Source: Actinomycetota bacterium (GTDB taxonomy: Bacteria; Actinomycetota; UBA4738). Taken from it: a DNA stretch of 64,000 nucleotides. Location of the stretch: assembly GCA_046726275.1 (NCBI GenBank), contig JBKPAF010000011.1, positions 613 through 64,612 of the forward strand, given 5' to 3'. Within the stretch, counting starts at the first letter, position 1. Each line of letters opens with the position of its first letter. The notes under the pieces were generated by a model, which was not told where the DNA came from, made no database searches, and saw only the letters and a list, made by a program, of their open reading frames with translations. The position numbers were made by a program, and so were the translations under genes. This document shows positions 58,342 to 64,000 of this stretch, piece after piece.

Positions 58342-59211
58342 TTGGCCAAGAAGAAGAAACGGCGTCCCGGATCAGGCCCTCGACCCGGAGGACGAAGCGG
58401 GACGTCCACACAGGAACGCGTGGCCCAGGCTTCGACGGTCAAGCCTGCGCCCGCCTCGCCGGGCGGGCCGAACCGGCTCGAGCGCAAGGAGCAGGCTCGG
58501 CGCCAGCGCGAGGCGATCAGGCGGCGGATGGCCCGCCGGCGGATGGCCCGGCGTGGCGGGATATGGTTGGCGGTCATCGCGGCGGTCGGGGTCGTGGTCC
58601 TGCTGATCGTTCAGAACTCGGGTCGGGCAGGGGATCTGAACAGCGAGGAGCGCCGGCTGCTCTCCCAGGCTCCGAGGGCGGCCGCGGCGGCTGGGTGCGG
58701 AGGCGTCACGACCGTCCAGCCGTACGACCCGGGGGACCTGGACCGCACCCACATCGGATCCGGCGGAGGTCCGGACACCATGCCGCCTCTCTCCACGTAT
58801 CGCACGCAGCCACCGACCTCGGGACCGCACAACACCGTTCCTCTGCCCGCCGGCCAGTATCCCGATCCCCCGCCGGTGGACCAGACGATCCACTCGCTCG
58901 AGCACGGGGCCGTGATCATCTGGTACGACCCCGCGGCCCTGTCATCGCAGGAGCTCACCGACCTCCAGACGTTCTTCAACAAGAGCGAGGAGCGAGGGAA
59001 GGTCATCATCGCGCCGTACAACTACCCCGACCAGGGAGCCGCCGGGAAGCTGCCCACGGGCAAGCAGATGGTCATGGTGGCGTGGCACCGCATGCGGACC
59101 TGCGACAAGGTGAGTCTGCCCGTGGCCTTCGACTTCGTGTACCACTACGACTCCGGGTTCCGGGTCCGTGACTACAAGGGTGAGGCACCGGAACCGACCG
59201 CACCGATCTAG
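58342..59211 (+). CDS. DUF3105-like membrane-anchored protein
   Basis: Basic N-terminus, TM, PPTSGPH, HSLEHGAVIIWY, VAW; TTG start after AGGAG. Confidence 0.8.
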   Translation: MAKKKKRRPGSGPRPGGRSGTSTQERVAQASTVKPAPASPGGPNRLERKEQARRQREAIRRRMARRRMARRGGIWLAVIAAVGVVVLLIVQNSGRAGDLNSEERRLLSQAPRAAAAAGCGGVTTVQPYDPGDLDRTHIGSGGGPDTMPPLSTYRTQPPTSGPHNTVPLPAGQYPDPPPVDQTIHSLEHGAVIIWYDPAALSSQELTDLQTFFNKSEERGKVIIAPYNYPDQGAAGKLPTGKQMVMVAWHRMRTCDKVSLPVAFDFVYHYDSGFRVRDYKGEAPEPTAPI

Positions 59212-59268
59212 GGAACCGGGGCACGGGCCCTGCGAGGAGGCCGCGACGAGGCATCCGGAGGACGGGCG

Positions 59269-60306
59269 ATGCGCATCCTCGTAGTGTCGTCCTATCCCCC
59301 GAGGCACTGCGGCATCGCCACCTATGCGCGGGCACACGTCGGGCACCTGCGGGCGGAGGGGAACGTGGTGACGGTCATCTCCCCTCCGGATGGAGAAGGG
59401 GATGTTCGCGTCCCGTTCTCGCATGGTCGCGAATTCCGCGAGGCCAGCCGGCGAGGCACGGATGCCGACCGGATCCTCGTGCACTTCCAGCCCGGGTTGT
59501 ACTACCGCCGTGGAGCCCGAGCGGCCGCGTCGAAGATCCGGACCTCGTTGGCCCTGTTCTCACTGGTGCGCGAACGCCCACAGACCGAGATCCTCGTTCA
59601 CGAGGCGGATCCCCCGCGGCGATGGCGCCCCGACCACCGCATCCTCCGACGAGCGTTCGCGCGGGCGCCGCTGCTGTTCCATACCGAAGCGGAGCGGAAG
59701 GCGTTCGAGCGAAACTACGACCTCGAGGTACGGGCCCGACTGGTCGACCACCGGGAAGGGGTGAGTGTTCAGCGACCCCGGACGAGGGAGGAGGCTCGGC
59801 GGCATCTCGGTCTCCATCTTTCTGACCCCTTGTTCCTCTGCGCCGGGTTCTTCCACCCATCGAAGGCGTTCGAGCGCGCGGTTCGTGCTTTTACCCGGGC
59901 GGGAAGCCCGGGGCGGCTGGCCGTCGTCGGATCCGTCCGCGATCCAACGCCCACCAATCTCGAATACGCGGCCGGGCTTCGCCGACTAGCTGAGGGCTCA
60001 GACGGCGTGACGCTGGTGGAGGAGTTTCAGAGCGACGAGGACTTCGACGCGTGGATCGCGGCGGCCGACAGGCTCGTGCTCCCCTACACCAGGGCCTGGT
60101 CCTCGGGGGCGCTGGCGCGGGCCCGCGTGCTCGGCACGCCCGCCATCGTTGCCACGGTGGGAGGGCTGGCCGAGCAGGCGGGTCCGCAGGACGAGTTGTT
60201 CAGCTCGGAGGACGACCTCCAGCGCCTGTTCGAGAAGCTCGGCCGGGCTCCACCCCGGCCAGATGGAGGACCTCGGCCGTCCGACGAGCGGTCTCCTCCC
60301 AGCTGA
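59269..60306 (+). CDS. GT4 glycosyltransferase
   Basis: SSYPPRHCGIATY, GFFHPSK, VLPY...SSG, TVGGLAE. Confidence 0.85.
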   Translation: MRILVVSSYPPRHCGIATYARAHVGHLRAEGNVVTVISPPDGEGDVRVPFSHGREFREASRRGTDADRILVHFQPGLYYRRGARAAASKIRTSLALFSLVRERPQTEILVHEADPPRRWRPDHRILRRAFARAPLLFHTEAERKAFERNYDLEVRARLVDHREGVSVQRPRTREEARRHLGLHLSDPLFLCAGFFHPSKAFERAVRAFTRAGSPGRLAVVGSVRDPTPTNLEYAAGLRRLAEGSDGVTLVEEFQSDEDFDAWIAAADRLVLPYTRAWSSGALARARVLGTPAIVATVGGLAEQAGPQDELFSSEDDLQRLFEKLGRAPPRPDGGPRPSDERSPPS

Positions 60307-61405
60307 ACTCAGCCGCCCGGACCGGGCCCGCCTTCCGGAGGCGGTCGCGAAGTTCCTCGTCCGTGAGGATCCGCTCGATCCCGTGAGCGATCTCCTGGAC
60401 GTCGAGAGGATCCACGAGCAGGGCGGCGTCTCCAGCCGTCTCGGGGAGGGCCGAGACGTTCGAGGTCAGGACCGGCGCCCCGCAGGCCATCGCCTCGATG
60501 ACGGGAAGCCCGAACCCCTCGTACAGCGACGGAAACACCAGTGCCTCGGTGCCGCTCAGCAGGGCAACCTTGTCTTCCTCCCGCACGTACCCGGTGAGCA
60601 CGATCCGCTCTCTGACCTCGGACGGCAGGTCCTCGAGCACCGGCCGAAGAAGGTTCCGGCCCTCTGGGTTCCACGGCGCGACCGGCCCGGCCAGAACCAG
60701 AACCGGTCGCAGGGATTCCGGGAGAGTGGCATAGGCCCTGATCAGAGCGGGCAGATTCTTCCTCGGCTCGATCCCGGCGAGACACAGGACGTACGGTCCG
60801 TCGATCCCGAACCGGCTACGGACGCCATCGATGGCCGCAGGAGTCGCGGGCTTGAACACCTCGGGATCGACACCAAGACCGACAACGGAGACCCGATCCG
60901 GATCCACGGGATAGAGCCCCAGCAAGTCGCGGCGGGTCTGCTGGGAGACCACGATGACCCGCGCGGCCCGGCGCAGCGCGTCCTCCAGTCGAGCCAGCCA
61001 TCGACGGGTCGCCAGTGGAGCTGTGTCCGGAAAGAGCTTGAACGCCAGGTCGTGAACGGTGAGCACGAGCCGGCGGGCGCGGGTCGGCGGCGGAACGAAG
61101 TTCGGAGCGAGCAGGACGTCGAATCGCGCCGTCCATTCGATCCTCGGCAGGTCGAAGCGCATCTCCATCTCGTGGAACCACCTGGACGGGATGGGCAATC
61201 TCCGCTCGATCAGATTGACGGGTGCGTGATCGACGATGCGGCCGTGGCGTGCCGGGTGTACTGCCCCAGTCGCATCGAGGTACCACGCCAGGTACTTCGA
61301 GCTTGGATCAACGCGGGGTAGCAGACGGACTAGGTGCCAGGTGTAGTAGCCGACCCCGGTTCTGCGCCCCGCGAACGCCGATCTGGCATCAATGGCTATG
61401 CGCAA
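60200..61405 (-). CDS. GT4 (MtfB-like) glycosyltransferase
   Basis: IAIDAR, TGVGYY, TVHDL, EPRKN, FPSLYEGFGLPVIEAMACG; TTG start 61405. Confidence 0.9.
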   Translation of the reverse strand: MRIAIDARSAFAGRRTGVGYYTWHLVRLLPRVDPSSKYLAWYLDATGAVHPARHGRIVDHAPVNLIERRLPIPSRWFHEMEMRFDLPRIEWTARFDVLLAPNFVPPPTRARRLVLTVHDLAFKLFPDTAPLATRRWLARLEDALRRAARVIVVSQQTRRDLLGLYPVDPDRVSVVGLGVDPEVFKPATPAAIDGVRSRFGIDGPYVLCLAGIEPRKNLPALIRAYATLPESLRPVLVLAGPVAPWNPEGRNLLRPVLEDLPSEVRERIVLTGYVREEDKVALLSGTEALVFPSLYEGFGLPVIEAMACGAPVLTSNVSALPETAGDAALLVDPLDVQEIAHGIERILTDEELRDRLRKAGPVRAAEFSWEETARRTAEVLHLAGVEPGRASRTGAGGRPPS

Positions 61406-61524
61406 GAGGAAGTCCGGAGGACGTCGGAGGAAGTCATCACCGGCCCCAAGTGTAATGCCGCCCCCATGACCAGCCAGATGGACCGAGCTTCTGGGTCCGC
61501 GACCGAGAGCGGTAGCATCGGGCC

Positions 61525-62271
61525 GTGGACCTTCGCATCCGGCATCCGCCCGGCGCCCTCTTCGACCGCGTGGAACGTTCCCTCTATTTCCTGAAGACAA
61601 GCCTGGCCAGGTCCGCCAGGCTGGCCATCCCCCTCGCCCGCCTGCAGGGCAACCGCGAACTGGTGGATCGCGACACGGACATCCTGATCGAGAGCTTTCC
61701 ACGATGTGCGTCCTCCTTCGCCAAAGCCGCCTTTCGCCTGGCGCAGGAGCCAGGAAACCCCAAGGTGGCATCCCAGACGCATGCTCCCGGGCACGTCATC
61801 GCGGCCATCCGGCTGAACGTCCCCGCGCTCGTCCTGATCCGCGAGCCCATCGACGCGGTGGTGTCCAACCTGTTCCGGCACCCCGAGCGTGGAGTCAATG
61901 GACTGCTCCGAGGCTATCTCCGCTTCTACGAGCCGCTGCTCCCCCACCGGACGGGATTCGTCGCGGCCACGTTCGAGGAGGTGGTCGACGGAGGATTTGG
62001 CTCCGTGACCCGCCGGGTCAACACTCGATTCGGAACCGACTTCGCGGAGTTTGAGAGCACCGAGGAAAATATCGAGAGCTCCCTTCGATCGATCGACCTC
62101 GAGTGGCGAGCGAGCAGGGCGCAGGACGAGGAGCGCCTCGAGAGGACCGTCCCCCGACCATCCGAGTTGCGCGAGAGCATGAAGGAGGATCTGCGCGAGC
62201 GCGTCCGTGAGTCTGCCTCGCCCCGCCTTCACCGACGTGCTGAGAGCGTGTACGACCAGCTGTCCCCATAG
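61525..62271 (+). CDS. Sulfotransferase-like hypothetical protein
   Basis: IESFPRCASSF (PAPS 5'-loop-like), LIREPIDAVVS (3'PB-like). Confidence 0.55.
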   Translation: MDLRIRHPPGALFDRVERSLYFLKTSLARSARLAIPLARLQGNRELVDRDTDILIESFPRCASSFAKAAFRLAQEPGNPKVASQTHAPGHVIAAIRLNVPALVLIREPIDAVVSNLFRHPERGVNGLLRGYLRFYEPLLPHRTGFVAATFEEVVDGGFGSVTRRVNTRFGTDFAEFESTEENIESSLRSIDLEWRASRAQDEERLERTVPRPSELRESMKEDLRERVRESASPRLHRRAESVYDQLSP

Positions 62272-62283
62272 AGATCGCCTCGG

Positions 62284-63033
62284 TCATGCCGGGGACCGGT
62301 CACTGGTGAAGAACTCGTAGAGATGCTCCGCCTCGCCCCGAAGGCCGGCGAGACGAGCCGATCGGTAGAGAGGGCGAAGCTCCGTCTTCATGGTTTCCCG
62401 TGAGGACGAAGGCCGAGCGGCACGCCGATCGAAGGCTTCTCCGGTACCGAACCTGCCCCTGTCCCAATCCCCGATCAAGTTGAGGCACGCGTCCACGTCT
62501 TCGGGCGTGTGCCGGAACTCGGCAAACCGGGTATCGAATCGCTCGTTCACTCGCCGAATCACGGATCCGTAGTCACTTACAACGTCGGGGAAGTCCGCCA
62601 CAACGACCGCTCCACGGTATGGGGCAAGCAGCCGGTGGAAGCGAACGTAGCGACGCAGCGCTTTTGGCAACGAGATGTGCGGAAAGCGGAGCACCAGGGA
62701 GGTCACCACCTCCTCCGGCTCGCGGATCAGAAGGATGGTCGGAAGCCTCGCCTTGACCGCCGCGAGGATCTGCGCAGGAAGGTGGACGTGATGGGCGACG
62801 TCGACCTCTTTCGCCTGGGCCATGGAGAACGCGATGACAGCGAAGGTATTGGCCGACCTGGGAAAGCCGTCGATGACGATCTGGGTGTCAGGGCCGACAA
62901 CGCGCACGTAGCGATCGCGGCTGGCCCGGATGCGAAGAAGAGGAAGTGCCACCGCCGGGTATCGGCCGAGCGCGGACCGGGCCTCTGAGCGCAGACCACG
63001 CCCCGTCCGCCAGAGAGTCGCTCTACCCTTCAC
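62284..63033 (-). CDS. Sulfotransferase-like hypothetical protein (paralog)
   Basis: IDGFPRSANTF, AHHVH, LIREPEEVVTS. Confidence 0.6.
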   Translation of the reverse strand: MKGRATLWRTGRGLRSEARSALGRYPAVALPLLRIRASRDRYVRVVGPDTQIVIDGFPRSANTFAVIAFSMAQAKEVDVAHHVHLPAQILAAVKARLPTILLIREPEEVVTSLVLRFPHISLPKALRRYVRFHRLLAPYRGAVVVADFPDVVSDYGSVIRRVNERFDTRFAEFRHTPEDVDACLNLIGDWDRGRFGTGEAFDRRAARPSSSRETMKTELRPLYRSARLAGLRGEAEHLYEFFTSDRSPA

Positions 63034-63043
63034 AGCTCGTCAC

Positions 63044-64000
63044 TTAGGCATGCAGGCTTTCGCGCGTGGCCGCACGGCTGCGAGCGACCTCCCGGGCGAC
63101 CTCTAGGTAGAGCTGGGCACAGCGGCGCTGGTCGAGCTCGGTTGCGGCATACAGTCGGGCCCGTTCCTCCAGTGCCCTTTGCAGGCCAGGTTCCCGGGCC
63201 AAACGAATGAGATGGGCACCCACCTGATCCGCCTGATCCCCGTCAACCTCCACCTTCAGGACGACGTCGGAGGGGACCCTCGCGAAGGACCCGACGTTGC
63301 CGGCGACGATGGCCCGCCCTTCGGCTAGCGCCCGGGCGAATGTTCCGGAAGCCTCGCCGGCGCTCGGGTAGCGCAGGTTGACGATGGCATCGGCCGCCTT
63401 CAGGTGGAGATAGAAGCTGGGCAGGTCGACGAACCCCGCCATCCGAACCCGAGGGCCCAATCCGAGGGACTCGATCAACCGGTCGAGCGCGACACCCGAG
63501 AGCTCCTTCTGGCCCACCACCAGCAGCAGGGCGTCGGGACGAGCCTCCACCAGCTTGGCGAATCCGCGAAGCACCGCCGCCGGCTGCTTGGGTAGGGTGA
63601 GGAACCCCAGATGCGCAACCACGAATGCCCCCGGAGGCACAGCGAGCCGCCGCCGCGCCTCCTCGCGCGTGACGGCGCGAACCTCGGAAGGAGGAGCCCC
63701 GGCGTGATGAGGTACCACCGTCACCGGGGTGCCCGGAGCGACCTCGCCGATCTGCTCCCGCGCGTCCTCGCTGTGCACGACGATGGCCTGGGCCCTTCGG
63801 GCCACGTGGCCGTTCAGGGGGAAAAGGAAGTGCTCGAGGCCCGTGAACATCCCGTGCTTGCGAAAGGACACGAGCTTCTCCCCTGTCTCGCCGTGCTCCT
63901 CGGTGAGGATCGCTCGGTAGGTCGGCCAATCCTTCTTCTTCTCCGCGAACAGGAACGAGATGAGGTGGTGGAGGACGAGGTCATGGAACACGGCGACACC
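63044..64000 (-). CDS. GT4 glycosyltransferase (5' end outside window)
   Basis: HDLVLHH, IVVHS, GFLTLPK, NLRYPSAGEASG. Confidence 0.85.
   Translation of the reverse strand, partial: GVAVFHDLVLHHLISFLFAEKKKDWPTYRAILTEEHGETGEKLVSFRKHGMFTGLEHFLFPLNGHVARRAQAIVVHSEDAREQIGEVAPGTPVTVVPHHAGAPPSEVRAVTREEARRRLAVPPGAFVVAHLGFLTLPKQPAAVLRGFAKLVEARPDALLLVVGQKELSGVALDRLIESLGLGPRVRMAGFVDLPSFYLHLKAADAIVNLRYPSAGEASGTFARALAEGRAIVAGNVGSFARVPSDVVLKVEVDGDQADQVGAHLIRLAREPGLQRALEERARLYAATELDQRRCAQLYLEVAREVARSRAATRESLHA

Overview
High-GC actinobacterial chromosomal segment. Its gene order and the retained prfB frameshift suggest a deep-branching Actinomycetota lineage (inference). It is mostly core genome: murI-cysM; an amino-acid/amine catabolism block (two PYROXD2/phytoene-dehydrogenase-like flavoproteins, a GcvT-like protein, a lysine/saccharopine dehydrogenase, gdhA); an MprAB-like two-component system; the sulfur-carrier genes mec-moeB-cysO; a selenocysteine-containing SelD; eis/aidB/tag; an ABC exporter; tandem BNR/sialidase-like paralogs; ssrA-smpB-ftsXE-prfB-secA-RR-hpf-raiA RNA-comF; nucleoside/SAM salvage genes; manB, whiB, F420 biosynthesis and a glycosyltransferase/sulfotransferase-like cluster. 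I saw no CRISPR array, integrase or transposase. The ORF track misses several elements: tmRNA, a raiA-motif RNA, the SelD UGA-Sec readthrough, the prfB +1 frameshift, a 46-aa ORF behind a FliA/WhiG-like promoter, a 56-aa histone-H1-like protein, and three genes that appear to start at CTG or ACG. The best candidate for an undescribed system is a ~165-nt structured leader (7558-7725, minus strand) upstream of the lysine/saccharopine dehydrogenase. It has mutually exclusive P1 and anti-SD:SD helices, so it may be a novel translational riboswitch. All product calls are from motif recognition by eye; no database searches were run.
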